Notes: a model not told the origin generated them from the sequence alone. A stretch of DNA of 64,000 nucleotides from Stegostoma tigrinum (GCF_030684315.1 NC_081356.1:132854933-132918932), one strand, 5' to 3'; shown: positions 27,201-41,258, numbered from the stretch's first letter. Numbers and translations are program-made.

Positions 27201-27499
27201 TAATTGCACAAAGATGGGTGGCAGATCTGAAAATGGGATATAATGTGAAGAATAGCAATGAAAAAGAAGAATACCCTGTGGCTGTTTAGTAACATTCATT
27301 ACCCTGGCACCACCAAGACAGTGTGTTGTTCTGGAGTCTTACTGACAGCCTCAGAAGCTCCTGTCTAAATCCTGGCAATGAAATTCAATATCACTTTTGC
27401 TCCTTCATTCTTCCTCCTATCTGTCTCGCTCCTGTACAACTTAACCAGCTGAGGAGCCACCAACCTGTGCCTTGTTGCACTCTCCAGATGAAGATAAAA

Positions 27500-28325
27500 A
27501 TTAGGAAGAGGAGTGGGCCCCTTGGCCCTTCGATCCTGCTCCTTCGTTCAATATGATCGTGGCCAATCATCCAACTCAGTACTTTTTCCCTATGTTCTCC
27601 CCATATTTGATACCTTTAGCCCTAAGAACTATATCTAACACTTTCTTGAAAATATTCAATGTTTGCCCTCAACCACTTTCTATGGCAGAGAATTCTTCAG
27701 GCTTATCAATTTGTGGATGAAGAAATTTCCCCTCATTTCAGCCCTAAATGGCTAACCCATACCATTAGAATGTGACTTGGAGACAGTAAGGGCTGCAGGT
27801 GCTGGAAACTAGAGTCAATAAATGTGGAGCTGAAAAGCACAGCTGATTAGACAGCATCCGAGGAGCAAGAAAGTCAATGTTTCAGGCTGTAAGTTCTGAC
27901 GAGGGGTTTCGGCCCAAAACAATGACTTTCCTGCACCTCAGATACTGCCTGACCTGCTGTGCTTTTCCAGTTCCACTTTTATTGACTCAATCTGTTAGAA
28001 TATGACCCCTGTTTCTCGACTCCCTAGTCATTGGGAGCATCCTTCCTGCATTTATCCCTTTTACTCCTGTTAGAATTTTATAGATTTCAACGAAATATCC
28101 TTTATTTTTCGAAATCCTAGTGAATATAGTCCAAATCGATCCAGTCTGTCTACATATTCAGTCCTGCAATCCCAGGAATCAGTCTGGTAAACTTTCATTG
28201 CACTCCTTCCAATGCCAGAATATCCTCCCTCGAGTAAGAAGACTAAAACTGCACACAATTCTCCAGGTGTGGTCTCACTAAGTCCATGTACAATTGCTGC
28301 ATGACTTCCCTGCTCCTGTACTTAA
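27500..28325 (-). mobile_element. Older CR1-type LINE 3' fragment
   Basis: Reverse-strand CR1 ORF2 C-terminal remnants, interrupted by a fold-back element. Confidence 0.65.
27777..27994. mobile_element. Older palindromic Penelope-derived element
   Basis: Inverted arms; direct repeat TTAGAAT[G/A]TGAC at 27765-27776 and 27995-28006. Confidence 0.65.
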
Positions 28326-28572
28326 AGGACCCTGTACTCAGAGGATCTATTACCCTGACTGATATCCAATGCAGAGAGTTGATTATTTCAGTTGGTTGAG
28401 AGATGAAACCTGCTCAGGACCAATATTACTCTGAATTCTCTTTGTTACAGATGCCTTTTATTCCAGTGCACAGGAGTGCCACTTTCTGGGACAATCTAGA
28501 GAATGTCTAGAGGATAAATACATCCTGGGTTTGAGATATTACTGACCAACATTGTTTTTTTTCATTTTATAG

Positions 28573-28683
28573 TGAGGAGGATTGAGTCCATTAACAAAAA
28601 TCAGCTGGTCATCCCACTGCTCAGCGTCCTGCTCATCTTCTTCATCCTCATCATTGTACTCATTATTTTCAGGAAGAAAGGAG
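28573..28683 (+). CDS. Transmembrane exon of the Ig receptor
   Basis: Acceptor TTTTTTTTCATTTTATAG|, donor GGAG|GTAGGT, 111 nt, phase 1-1. Encodes VRRIESINKNQLVIPLLSVLLIFFILIIVLIIFRKKG: about 22 hydrophobic residues then an RKK stop-transfer, no charged residue in the helix. Absent from the ORF track. Confidence 0.85.
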
Positions 28684-29269
28684 GTAGGTTCTGTAGAGAG
28701 TGAGGTTTAATAGAACAATATGGTTCTGTTGGTTGAAACAGCACCAAATGATGACCCTGAATTAATTTTCTCTCTCAAACTCGGTCCTCTTCCACTCATT
28801 GTCTGATGACGCTGACTTTGTTTTTGATGGTGATGGAGCTTGGGTGAAAGTGGCCTGTTCAATAAGTATAGGCCACTGTCTGGTGTCTGACACCTGTTTG
28901 AGCTTTGCTGTGAGTAATTTAACATTGTGGCTGTTCCACAAGCAAGGCCATTCAAACCATTCTATTGAACTCCAATGGGCCAATCCCCATTCTACTCCCC
29001 ATTACTGTCAAATCTCAATGCACCAAAATGTTGTTACATTCACTCCCATTTGACAGAAGCCCAACAGACCACACCTATTCCATTCATTCCCACTTGTTAC
29101 AGAATCTCAATAGAACAGAAAGGAACCTAAAATCCAACATGATTGTCTTGTGTGTTTTTATTATTAAAATGGGTTTAGAGAGTTTACTGCATTATGGCAT
29201 GGACATTGTGGCGCAGATAGTCTGAATAACAAAGCAATCTCTAGGGGTGGAATGGCAACGTGGACTGAA

Positions 29270-29595
29270 AATAAGAAAGACTGGAGATCACAGCAACACA
29301 GACTGCTTCCATAGAGAGACAGCAAGCTAACATTTTAAGTCTAGATGTCTCATCTTCAAAGCTGAAATGAAGAATGGAGGGAGCAGCATTTATGCTATAG
29401 TTGGGGAGTGGCTTGGAGTGCTGGGAGAGAAAGGATGTTCATTGTTCAGATTAATATGTCAATCACTTAATCTGAACTATCAACATCCTTTCTCCTCCAG
29501 CACTGTAAACCCCAGCTCCCCAAATATTACATAAATGCTGCCCCCTCTGCACTTCACTTTAGCTCTAATGAAGAATCACCTAGACTGAACATGCA
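29270..29595. mobile_element. Degenerate fold-back element, probably Penelope-derived
   Basis: Inverted arms (GTGCTGGGAGAGAAAGGATGTT...TTCAGATTAA vs TTAATCTGAAC...AACATCCTTTCTCTCCAGCAC) centred near 29460. Confidence 0.55.
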
Positions 29596-30348
29596 GGATG
29601 TCTCAGTCATATTGTAGGCCTCAGACTCCTGAATTCTATTATGTTAGTGATGATGACCCTGTTTTATCTGCAAGCCTCTCTATCCCTATCTCTGTAACAC
29701 GTCTGTGCCCTTGAATTCTCCAAAACTGTCTTAATTGAACTTGGCCCCCTTGTACATCAATATTCTTTGCTTTCTGCTGTCTAGACTCTAAACTGTGGAA
29801 ATGTGAAGAAACACAGAATCCCTACAGCATAGAAGGTGGCCATTCAGCTCATCATGTCCATACTGGTTCTCTAAATGTACAACTCACTTACTGTCAAACT
29901 CCTGCCTCTTCCCTGTAACACTCTGAATTCTTTCTATTTAGATAACAGTCTGCTTCTCTGTTGAATATTTCACTTGAACCTGCCTCCACCACATCTCAAG
30001 CCTCACAGTCCTGTGTGCTTAAAAGTAATTTTTTCATGTCATTTGTGCTTCTTTGATCAACTCGTTTCCTCTTGCTCTCAATCCTTTCATGAGTGGAAAG
30101 TTTCTTGTTAGCTGTGATTTTCAATGCCTCAATTTCTTCTCACTTCTTACAAGGAAAATATAAGGAAAGCAATCACAATTTATCCAATCCACATTCACAA
30201 CCAAAGTTCCTCATCTTTGGAACCATCATTATGAACCATTTCTGTCCTGTTTCTCATCCTTCACATCCTTCCTAAGGTGCAGTGGCTTGAAATGCACACA
30301 ATACTCCAGCTGAGATCTAGCAAGTGTCTTAACAAGTTCAGCACAACC

Positions 30349-30545
30349 TTAACAAAGTGTGGAGCTGGAGGAATGCAGCAGACCAGGCAGTTCCCATTAT
30401 CTCTGACCAGGCAGCATCATTTCTGAAGAAGGGTCTCGACCTGAGCCATCAGCTTTCCTGTTCCTCTCATGCTACCTGGCCTGCAGTTGTCCTCCAGCTC
30501 CACATTTTGTTATCTCTGGCTCCAGCATCTACAGTTCTTGCTATC
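30349..30545. mobile_element. Short palindromic Penelope-derived element
   Basis: Direct repeat TCAGCACAACC at 30338-30348 and 30546-30556; inserted in a CR1 fragment. Confidence 0.7.
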
Positions 30546-32011
30546 TCAGCACAACCGTCTTGCTCTAGTACTCTATAATCCTATTAACAACACATGGGAT
30601 AGAACATCTTTTATAAACTGCTTTCTCCACTAGCCCTGACACCTTCAGTAATATAAAACAAAGACCTGTGGTTGCTGAAGACCTGAAATAAACAAAATTA
30701 GAAACTTAGTAGGTCTGATAGCATCTGTGAAGAGAAAACAGAGTTAATGTTTCGAGTCCACTGACCGTTCAGTGACACTTTCAATGGTTTATGCACATGT
30801 ACACCGAGGTCCCCCTTTTGAGTTTGTCCCTGATGAAACCTCACCGCATCTTTCAATCTTTCTTTAAGACCGTCCTTAAAACATACCTCTTTTAACTTTC
30901 CTGCTCCTCTGATGCTGCTTGGCCTGCTGAGTTCATCCAGCTTCACACCATGTTATCTCTTTGAACAAACTTTTGGTTCTCCCTTTAAAATCTCTTTTTC
31001 TACTTGACCTCATTTTTTTGAGTCTACTCCTGTGAGATGGTCATATATTAAAGGTGGTAGAAATTATTTTTAATTAACCTGTTTAGACATATCTTCAGGG
31101 CAGTTGACACTTGCACTTCGACTTTTGGGCGCAAGCACTGTGCCACAAGGTCTCCACATTAACTGTGCCATGTAATGCTAAGTTGTTCTTGCCCATCATC
31201 TGAATAGAGGCAGTTTGTGCTGATGAACTAGGAAAAGGTTTCAGAATCTTAATGCCTTGGGGAAGAACAACGAGCCATACAGTTGAGTGACTGAGAGTAT
31301 TCCACAATGAATTATTATTTGTGCTTCCAGTAGCATTTACCTTGCAACAGTTACCAATATGATACGGTTATAGTGCTCGAAGAGATGGTTTTGAACGTAT
31401 TAATTTTGTAAATAAATTGGATTTTTCTGAGATTTACTGGAATAGTACCAGATTTGATCACCTTCAATTGCATGGAGAGAGTGGAGAAGCTGGATTTGTT
31501 CTCCTTAGAGCAGACAATATGGGAACATTCAATAGATTTGTTCTTCTTGAAGGCATTTGATAAAATATATGTGGAGAAGATGTTGCCACTGGTAGGGAAG
31601 TCAGAGGACACAGAGTTTCTTCACAAGTACTGTTTTGCTCTTCAGTTGTTTGTATGAGCCTTCTATGTCTTATTTCATATTGTCTAATATAATATTTCCT
31701 TTTCTCCTGCTTGGCCCACATCACTTTAACCTTCCTTAAATCACCTCCTTCCGCAAGTCCCCATGCGTTTGGGCAAGGCCAGTCCAACATCTTTGCTTTT
31801 CTTGACAATATTTGGTGTATAAGATTTTGAAGGGGCTAATGTTCATGTTACTTTGGTTCCACCCATTCTACTAACATCATATGCAATTGGTCATTGGTGC
31901 TTTCAGAGGGAACACCTGTATCTATACCAGTCCCTAAAGTCCTATTAATTATTTCTGTTTAGAATGTAATTGCATTTATTACTATCATGAAATGAACTAA
32001 GAATGATGCCT

Positions 32012-32143
32012 GATCAGAGATGATGGGAACTGCAGATGCTGGAGAATCCAAGATAACAAAGTGTGGAGCTGGATGAACATAGCTTTTGTTCTCCTAAGGA
32101 GCTGTTTGGCCTGCTGTGTTCATCCAGCTCCACACTTTGTTAT
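32012..32143. mobile_element. Short palindromic Penelope-derived element
   Basis: 15-bp direct repeat CTAAGAATGATGCCT at 31997-32011 and 32144-32158. Confidence 0.8.
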
Positions 32144-34165
32144 CTAAGAATGATGCCTCTTCTGTAAAGACTCTACAGTGGTGCACCAGCATCATTATGT
32201 GGGTCATGACCACAGTATATAAAAAGAAGGATTGATGAACTACCTCAAACAAACCCTATGTGATAAAGGTGGCAGATTATCACAAGTTGTCACCAGTGGA
32301 AATCAGGGTCATTCCATAAAACTAAATATAATCTTTCCTCCTCCGCTGTCCTGAGAAGTTCTTTGTTGCTCTCATATTCTCTCCAAATAACCAAATAACC
32401 CACACCATTCTTCTACACAACTACATCATACCCAATTCTACCTGATGTTATTACTGGTGAAATAAAAGCAAAGCACTCTAGATGCTGGAGAAACAAATGC
32501 AGAGAGTGCGGGAAAAACTCAGGTCTGGCAGCATCTGTGGAGAGTTTCCCAACTGGACTCCTGAAAACAGTCCCAACCCTAACGCTAACCCTAACTAGAC
32601 TTGAAGCTAACACAGTTCTTCTCTCTGTAGATGATGCCAGACCTGCTGGGTGCCTCCAACATTCTCTGCATTTGTGGCTACTACTCAAGTCAGGTCTTGG
32701 AATGATATCTGGCTTGACAACTTCTAACTTGTTCTTTTTAAAAATTTAATGTGGTGCTCTTTCACAGAAACTTGAGAACATAAGATTTGACTTTTTACTC
32801 AAAGGAAATCAAGATGAACCTAACTAGCTATCAACATGTAACACAGTTTGAAAAATTTCAAAAATAGTCAAAAGATAGTCTAGTCGATCCCACAACACGA
32901 GATGTGGGTGTCACTGGCTGAACGAACATTTGTTTACAATCCCTAATTACCCTCAAACTGAGTGGCTTGTTTAAACAAAAACCAGAAAGTGTTAGTGAAA
33001 CCCAATAGGTTTGCCTGCATTTTTGGACAGAAAACAGAATTCATGTTTCAAGTTCAGTGACCCTGCCTTGTTTGGTCATTTCAGATCGCAGCTAAGGAGG
33101 TTGGGGTGGGGGTATTTGTAGGCCTAACCAGGTAAAGTCAGCAGATCTCATTCCATAAAGAACATCAACGAACCAGATACATTTTTATGAAAACCAGCAG
33201 TGCTTACATGGCCACCATGAGACTAGCTTTTAATTCCAGATTTTATTGAGTTAAAATTTCACCATCTGCCACGATAGGATACAAAACCATGTCTCCTGAA
33301 TTAGGTTCTGAGTTACTAGAGCAGTGACATTTTCTTTACACCACTATTTACCACTTCTGCAGGGATTCCTTTGCATCCTTTGGCTTTTCTTGATTCCAGT
33401 TCTTTTAAAGTTCTTAAAATTTCACTCTGCAGAAATCAGGTTTGAAACATCTGAGAAATGTCTGTGCTTTCTCTGGTTCTAGTTTGTTGACTTACTATCT
33501 CTATCACACAGAAGTATTTGGTTTACCCTTTTCTCTACAGCCTCTTGAGGACATGGTGGCGTACTGGTACGGGCACTGAATTAATAACCTAGAGACCTTG
33601 ATGAATGTTATGAAGACATGTGTTTGAATCTCACCATGGCCGATGGCCAAATTTGAATCTGATGAAAAAAGTATTGAATTGAAAATAGGTTTAATGTTGA
33701 CTATATGAGAATTGTCATTAATACCAACACTGCTCACTAATGTTCTTTAGGGAAGGAAACTTACCACCCTTACCCAGTCTAGGTTACATGTCAGTTCAGA
33801 TGCAATGTGGCTGATTCTTGATTGCCCTCTGAAATGGCCTAGAAAGCCATGCAGTTAAAGGGCAATTGGAGCTGCATTACAAACGTTGGCCAAGCTGACA
33901 CCCATGAATGAGAAATAGGTTTCTATAAGCAGTGATCTAAAATGCACTGCCTGAAAGGGATGTTGAGTCAATGGTAACTTTTAAAAAAAGACTGGATGCA
34001 TACATTATTAGAGGATCATGGAGAATGGTCATGGGAATAAAACTAATTGGCTAGATCTTTCAATGATCTGACACTGTGCTGCAGGATTCTTTTGAAATTA
34101 ACAAGCCATTTTATTAAATCAAAGTTACAGGCATGTCTAAGGAAAGAAGAATAATTTTGGACTGA

Positions 34166-34273
34166 TAACAAAGTGTGGGGCTGGATGAACACAGCAGGCC
34201 CTGTGTTCATCCAGCCCCACACTTTGTTATCTTGGATTCTCCAGCATCTGCAGTTCCCATTATCTCTGATCAC
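34166..34273. mobile_element. Short palindromic Penelope-derived element
   Basis: 13-bp direct repeat AATTTTGGACTGA at 34153-34165 and 34274-34286. Confidence 0.8.
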
Positions 34274-34929
34274 AATTTTGGACTGAACTGATATTAGGCC
34301 AACCAGTCTGGCAGTTGGTGTTTTGGATCAGCTTCCTGCTATTGGGAATGTGGCTTGTCCAATAATTGATATCAAATTGAGCTATATAGGCCACGCTTGA
34401 TGAGGAGAAACCAGCTGTCATAAAATTGTTTCTTTTTATTCATTCACGGGATGAGAGCATCTCTGACGAGGCAGCATTTATTGCCCATCCTTAATTGCTC
34501 AGAGGGCCATTAATAGTCAACTGCATTGCTCCAGGTCTGGAGTCATGTGTAGGTCAGACCAGGTAAGGATGGCAGTTTCCTTCCTTAAAGGACATTAGTG
34601 AACCATTTGTGATTTTCCCTAAAAATTAGCAATGGGTTCACAGTCATTGTTAGATTCTTAACTCCAGATATTTACTAAACGCAAATCCTACCATCTGCTG
34701 TGGCTGTCTTCAAACTCAGGTCCCCAGAACATTATCTGGGTCCCTGGATTAACAGCCCAACAATAACGCCACTCCACCATTGCCTAGATTCTAGACATAT
34801 TCATCCCTTACTTGTATAGTATTGTTGAAAAGGGACAGTTCTGTCTAATACCCTTCCACTAGTGGAGGCTGTGTAGTGCATTTGTTCATGGTTTAACTAA
34901 ATATTTACTAATAATTTTTATTTCTTTAG

Positions 34930-34969
34930 GGTATTCACAGAAAATAGAGCAGACTACATCTTTGAAAAG
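34930..34969 (+). CDS. Cytoplasmic micro-exon 1 (GYSQKIEQTTSLKR)
   Basis: Acceptor TTTTTATTTCTTTAG|, donor AAAG|GTAGAG. 40 nt, phase 1 to 2, exactly bridging the TM exon (phase 1) and the next exon (phase 2). Confidence 0.68.
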
Positions 34970-35149
34970 GTAGAGTAATCGGTAATTGGTATAAATGCGG
35001 GTGTAGAAATGCTTTGGTTCAGGGTTGAACATCTCTTGCTCACAGACAGAACGCAGCCTCTTGGTGATGAGGAGCTTAATGTGGTTTGTCATTTTACGAA
35101 ACTTCTTGAACACTCAGTGTGGGAAAGTGATCTGAACAGGTCAAGATGG

Positions 35150-36248
35150 AAATGACAGGTTGACATTTGAGTGGTTAATGGTGACACATGCAGTTATTCA
35201 CTTTGTGAAAAACAGAAAGGCAGGGTATAATTTAAATGGTGATATATTGGGAAGTATTGATGTACAAATGGATCTAGTTGTCCTTGTACACCAGTCAACG
35301 AAAGTAGACAGGCAGATGAAGCAATTAGGAAGGCGAATGATATATGGTCATGATTGCAAGATGATTTGAGTTCAGAAGTAGGGATGTCTTACTGCAGTTA
35401 TACAAGGCCTTAATGAGACTACAACCAAATAGGTTCATAGAATTCCTGATGTGTGGAAGCAGGCAATTCGGCCCATCAAGTCCACAATGTCCCTCTGAAC
35501 CCCCTACCATATCCCTGCATTTCCCATCCTAAACACAATCGGCAATTTAACATAGCCAATCCACCTCACCTGAGCATCTTTGGACTGTGGGAGGAAATCC
35601 ACGCAGACACAAGAAAAGTGTGCAAACTTCACAAAAAAACAGTTTCCCAAGGCTGGAATTAAATGCAGGTCCCTGGTGTTGTGAGGCAGCAGTGCGAACT
35701 GCTGTGCCACCATCGAGTATTATGTGCAGTTTTGGCCTAACTCCCTAAAAATGGATAGGATTGCCACAGAGGAAATGCAGGCTTCTGGGATGATACAGGG
35801 GATGGCAGGACAGTTTTATGTGGAAAGATTGGTTCAACTGGGCCTGTTTTCTCTGTGGTTTAGCAGGATGAGAGGGGATCTGATTGAAACATATAAAATT
35901 TGAACAGGCCTGCACAGACTAGATGCAGAGACAGTGTTTCCCCAGACTGCAGATTCTAGACTGGAGACACAGTTTCAGAATATGGGGCTTTAGGACTGAG
36001 ATGAAGAAAAATTTCATCACTCGAACTGCAGTGAATCTGTGGAATTCTGCACTGCAGAAGACTGTGGAGGCCAAGTCACGGAATATATTCAAGAACAAGA
36101 TAGATATCTTTTTAGATTTTAAAGGCATCTAGGGGTATTGGGAAAAAATGAAGGAATTGTTATATATGATCAGCCATGATCATATTGGATTGTGTAGCAG
36201 TCTCAAAAGGCCAAATGACCTATGCCTGCTCCTGGTTTCTCTGTTTCT
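35150..36248 (+). mobile_element. Older CR1-type LINE fragment interrupted by a SINE
   Basis: CR1-like remnants (RTEMKKNF..R..VNLWNS..QK.VEA). Confidence 0.65.
35435..35712 (-). mobile_element. HE1-like SINE
   Basis: Reverse-strand head and V-domain inside a CR1 fragment. Confidence 0.7.
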
Positions 36249-36925
36249 AATATTGTTTTCCAAATGCCATCTGCTTGTAAATTTCAAGCTTCAGATTCAT
36301 TTGAGATCTCCTATCTCCAAATTAACCTGGAATTCACCCTCAGGTAAAACAGAAGTTGTTGCACATTTTTAAACCTCCAAGTTGCAATAAATGCTTTATG
36401 GAGAGAAAGATTTTTGGTATATGGTCATGATTTACCACTTGCAGTGAGTGTTGAAGATTTCTAAGCCCTCTAACGTCTTCCAAAATTACAGCAGATGAGA
36501 AGCCCCTGCAAGGATTTTGCTCTCATCTCCAATCACCTCCCTCCTTGGTCTGTAAATTGTTGCTTAAAGCTGAGCCAGAGCTTCCTGGAATCTTCAGTCA
36601 CTGTGATTCCTGAGAGTTTCTGCAGGCCTCCCTGTGTTACAGCTGCTGACTACACCGTGGGTTCCATGGGTGCCAGCCACATTCTGGTGCCGAGGGAAGA
36701 CTGTTTCTCGTGACGGCATATTCAAGGATAACAGTTCTGATTGCATTTAAATCCGAACATCTGTGATTTCTAACAAGGTTCAATGGATGAACTGTGTTTA
36801 TCACCTTTTGGAATCTGGTTTCTGTGTAACTAGACCAAGAGGTGCAGACAGAATGCTCTTTACTGTGACCTAGGAGAATGCAATTAATTTCCTCAAAACA
36901 TTCATGTTCCATGTGTGTTTTTCAG

Positions 36926-36987
36926 GAATGACCCAGGTTTGTCCAGCATTCCCAGGACTGATGAGGCCCAACAGCCGCCTGCTCCAG
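36926..36987 (+). CDS. Cytoplasmic micro-exon 2 (NDPGLSSIPRTDEAQQPPAP)
   Basis: Acceptor GTGTGTTTTTCAG|, donor CCAG|GTACTG. 62 nt, phase 2 to 1, open frame with Pro/Ser-rich linker composition. Confidence 0.68.
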
Positions 36988-39900
36988 GTACTGACTGTAC
37001 TCTAACTGACAATCAATGTTCATTTCAGACACTGCAACAGAGAGAGTGTGAAGCATCAAAACAGTGAGAATCCTGGACAGATATTCAGGGGCAGACTTTC
37101 ACTTTCACTGCCCAAGTGATGAAGTGATTACCAAGTTTCAAATCATTGAAAGTATCAGCATGAAAAACTGTGGGCTTCCATACAGAGTGGCTGTCCTGAC
37201 AAATAGTCCAGAATACAAAAGAGGAAAGAACTAAAACAAAAAATCTGTGGAGAAAAAACTAGGCAAAGCATGAGACCTTAAGATGGACAAGTCCAGATCA
37301 CCTGAAGCCTGGGCATTAAAAGAAGTGGTTGCTGAGATCGTAGATGCATTGAGTGGGATCTCCCAGCGTTTCTTCTGAAAGAGTCCAGCAGATTGGGAAG
37401 TAGTAAATGTAAAACATTTCTTAAAGAATAATGGGAAATCAAAGACACAAGTTAATTAACCTATAAATTTGGGTTAAAAAGTGCACCATTTTAAAGTGCT
37501 TTGCAAAAGAAGCCAATGCAAGGTGAGAGAAAAACATTTTCACTCAACATGTAATTTCTTTGTGGAACACATTGTCTGGAATTGTGGTGGAAGCAGGTTC
37601 AAATGAAGCATTCAAGAAGGCAGTGGATGACTAAGTGGAAACAATATCTCGGATTATTAGGAAAAAGCAGTTAGCACAAGTCAAAATATTCAAAGAGCCA
37701 TTTGACACAGTAGGTTGAATGGCTTTCTTCTGCTATGTAACAAATCTGTGATTCTGCACCTCTGTGATAGTAGGATATCTCAACATTGGATTAACTCAGT
37801 GGATGTAACTTTGGTTAACAGAAATAGTGTTTAACTAATTTACGAGTGTTTTTGAGGAAGTAATAATCAATATGGATAAAGAGAAACCAGTAGATGGGAT
37901 GTACATTCATCACAAGTGGACTACTACAGAGATTAGCCCTTGGACCTCAATATTTTACAATCTTTATCAATGACAATTAATTCATGGGCCAGATGAATGG
38001 AATGGCCACTACACTTCTTCCAATGACACCAACGTATGCAGGAAAGTAAGTTGTTCAGAATAGTTAGAATGTCTGTGAATGGTATTGGCAGTTTAAGTGA
38101 GTGGGTAAAAATTTAGTGGATGTAGTACAATGTGAGAAAATATGATGTTGTCTATCTTAGCAGAAGGAATCAAAAAGTAGTGCCCTATTTAAATGGAGAA
38201 ATATTGCAGAGATAAGAGGTTCAGAGGAATCTATGAGTCGCATAGTTAGTGCTTATTGCAAGGACATTGGAATATAAAAGAGGGAAAGATTTACTGTAGC
38301 ATACAGGGCCTTGGTGAGACCACATCTGCAGTGCTGTGTACACTACACAATCTTTCTTTGAAAAAAGAGTATAGACGAGAAAGAGACAGTTCAGGAAAAT
38401 GTTGACTCGGCTTATTTGGGATATGCATTACCCTATTAGGTAATACCCTTTGACATTACCCAATGCTATCGCTGCTCCTTAACAATCAATGGTGATACCA
38501 TCACTAAAACACCCGCTTTCAACATCTTGGTGTCAATGGGATTGCCATTGACCAGAAACTCAACTCGACTCACCACATAAACACAGTGGCTACATGAGCA
38601 GGTCAGAAGCTGGGAATATTGCAGTGACTAACTCACCTCCTGACTCCCCAAAATTTGTTCATCATCGACAAGGCGCAAGTCAGTAGTGTGATGGAATACT
38701 CCCCACTTGCCTGGCTGCTTGCAGCTCGAGCAAACTCATGAAGCTTGACGCTATCCAGGACGAAGCAGCCCACTTGACTGGCACTAACATTGACATTGTG
38801 AGTCAACCCACAGCAGGTGGACTGCAGCAGTTCAAGAAGAGGCTCACCATCACCTTCTCAGGGCAGCTAGGGACAGGCAATAAATGCTATCTAGTCAGAG
38901 ACTCCACATTACACAAATGAGAATAAGAATGAGGAAAGGTTGGACATACAGGGCCAGTACCAATTGGAGGTCTGAAGAATGAGCAACAATTCTATTGAAA
39001 CATATAAGATCCTAGGGGATATTTGACTGAGCAGAGGGTGAGGTGATGTTTCCCCTTGTGACCTAGAAATAGGGAAAAAAGTTTCAGAATAAGATTTCGC
39101 CTTGGAAAAAAATGTTCTACCTGACTTTTGACATTTATCTGTGGAATTCTGTCAGATAGTGGTGCCCAAAATTGTAAGTGGCTGGACAGGTAGACAGGGA
39201 GAATCTATTGCCTCTTCAAAAAGGGAAAAGAATGAGAGGGTGTAGATTTAAAGTGATGTGCGAATGGAGCAAGGGAAATGTGAGAACAGATTGTTCACCC
39301 AGTGAATAGTTAGTGTCTGTAAACATGCAGGCAGGGTCAATTGAGACATTCAAGAGGGTCATTGGATGATTATTTGGATGGAAATGGTGTGCAAGGAGAT
39401 ACAGAGAAAAGGCTGGAGATTGGCCCTAAGTAATGATACTCATTTGAAGACCTGGTTCAGACAAGATGGATCAAATGGCTTCCTTCTGCAGTGTAACAAG
39501 TCTGTGATTTTGAGAAACCAATGGAGACTGAGTCATTGAATCCATCCAAGGTACGGTCAGAAAGATCTTTGATGGATAATAAAATCAAGGGCTATGGGAC
39601 TCAGGAAGGTGGAGTTGACACTGTTCTATTGAAACATACAAGATCCTGGGGGTATTTGATTAAGCAGAGGGTGAGACGATGTTTCCCCTTGTGGGGTAGC
39701 CTAGAATTGCCATGATCTAATTGATTGGTGTAGCAGGCATGAAGGACTGAATGGCCTAATCCTACTCCCGAATCTGATGTTGCTGTGGAGTCTGGCTCTG
39801 TTTGCTAAATTATTGGCTTGGATTCTGTCTTCTGTCTCTGTTGTGATTTACGTTCCATCTGCATGCTGAGGTTGGATCCAGAATGAGGCTCCATTTCAGT

Positions 39901-40535
39901 GTCAGCCACCTCAAATTACTGGCTATAGCTGGTTCGGATAGTGTATGGGAAGGTCTGCAGTGTTAAACAAAGCACATCTATGTGCTATCATATACTGTTC
40001 TTGTAAAATGTGGATTTCCCAACAGTTACCACAAATGAATAAAAGGAAATCAGTGACCATTAGGAAATTTTGGATGTCATGAGGTCACGAAAGATACAAG
40101 TTCTTTCCTTCCTTATGATGTAAAAATGCAAAAAAAAATTGTGCACAAGGTCCCACAAACAGCAATGCATTCATTCAGTTAACCTGTGTGTTTTAGTGAT
40201 GTACGCTGAGGGATGTGTGTTGGTGAGGACACAATGATCTGGGTTGAGGGATGAGTGACAAAGACACAAATAGAGGGCTCCTCTGTTCCCCTTTGAAGTA
40301 ATACATGTGGAATTTTTCACATCTACCTGAGAAGGCAGGCTACAGTTACCTTTAACATCTCCAATGGTCCTGCTCCAAGGTCTCAGCTTATATTTAATGT
40401 TATAGCACTTGGAATGGAATTTGAACCCACAGCCTTTTAACTCAGTGTAGTATGAGGTGCCCACTAAGCCATTGCTGATATCTAAGGAAGAATCTGCTGA
40501 TGAATGTCCCCTTATCATTCCTGTTTGTGTTACAG

Positions 40536-40583
40536 ATCAGGACGGTTCTAGCTTCTATGTTGAGATTGACAACAACAGAACAG
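40536..40583 (+). CDS. Cytoplasmic micro-exon 3 with ITIM SFYVEI (DQDGSSFYVEIDNNRT)
   Basis: Acceptor CTGTTTGTGTTACAG|, donor ACAG|GTAAAT. 48 nt, phase 1-1; S-x-Y-x-x-I fits the ITIM consensus. Confidence 0.72.
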
Positions 40584-40741
40584 GTAAATGGCTTCACTTC
40601 ATGGTTTTGAGCTGCTGCCTAATTGATATTCAGATTCCATCATTGAACCAACAGAACTTTTTGTCTTTGTTAAAAGTGGCAAGAGATTCACCTTCGTGAT
40701 TTAGAAGACCGTGAGTCGATGTTTGCTTTTATATTGAGAAA

Positions 40742-41258
40742 ATATAGAAACAAAGAAACCTACAGCACAGGAACAGGCCCTTTGGCCTCCAAGCCTGCGC
40801 CGATCAAGATCCTCTGTCTAACCTGTCATCTATTTTCTAACGGTCTGTGTCCATTTGCTCCCTGCCCATCCATGTATCTATCCAAATATATCTTAAAAGA
40901 TGCTAACGTGTCTGCGTCTACCACCTCCGCTGGCAACGCGTTCCAGGCGCCCACCACCCTCTGTGTAAAGAACTTTCCACGCATATCTCCCTTAAACTTT
41001 CCTCCTCTCACTTTGAACTCATGACCCCTGGTAATTGAGTCCCCCACTCTGGGAAAAAGCTTTTTGCTATCCACCCTGTCTATACCCCTCATGATTTTGT
41101 AGACCTCAATCAGGTCCCCCTTCAATCTCTGTCTTTCTAATGAAAATAATCCTAATCTATTCAACCTCTCTTTATAGCTAGCACCCTCCATACCAGGCAA
41201 CATCCTGGTGAACCTCCTCTGCACCCTTTCCAAAGCATCCACATCCTTTTGGTAATGA
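40742..41258 (-). mobile_element. CR1-type LINE 3' fragment
   Basis: ORF 40826-41242 DALERVQRRFTRMLPG...FFTQRVVGAWNALP. Confidence 0.88.
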
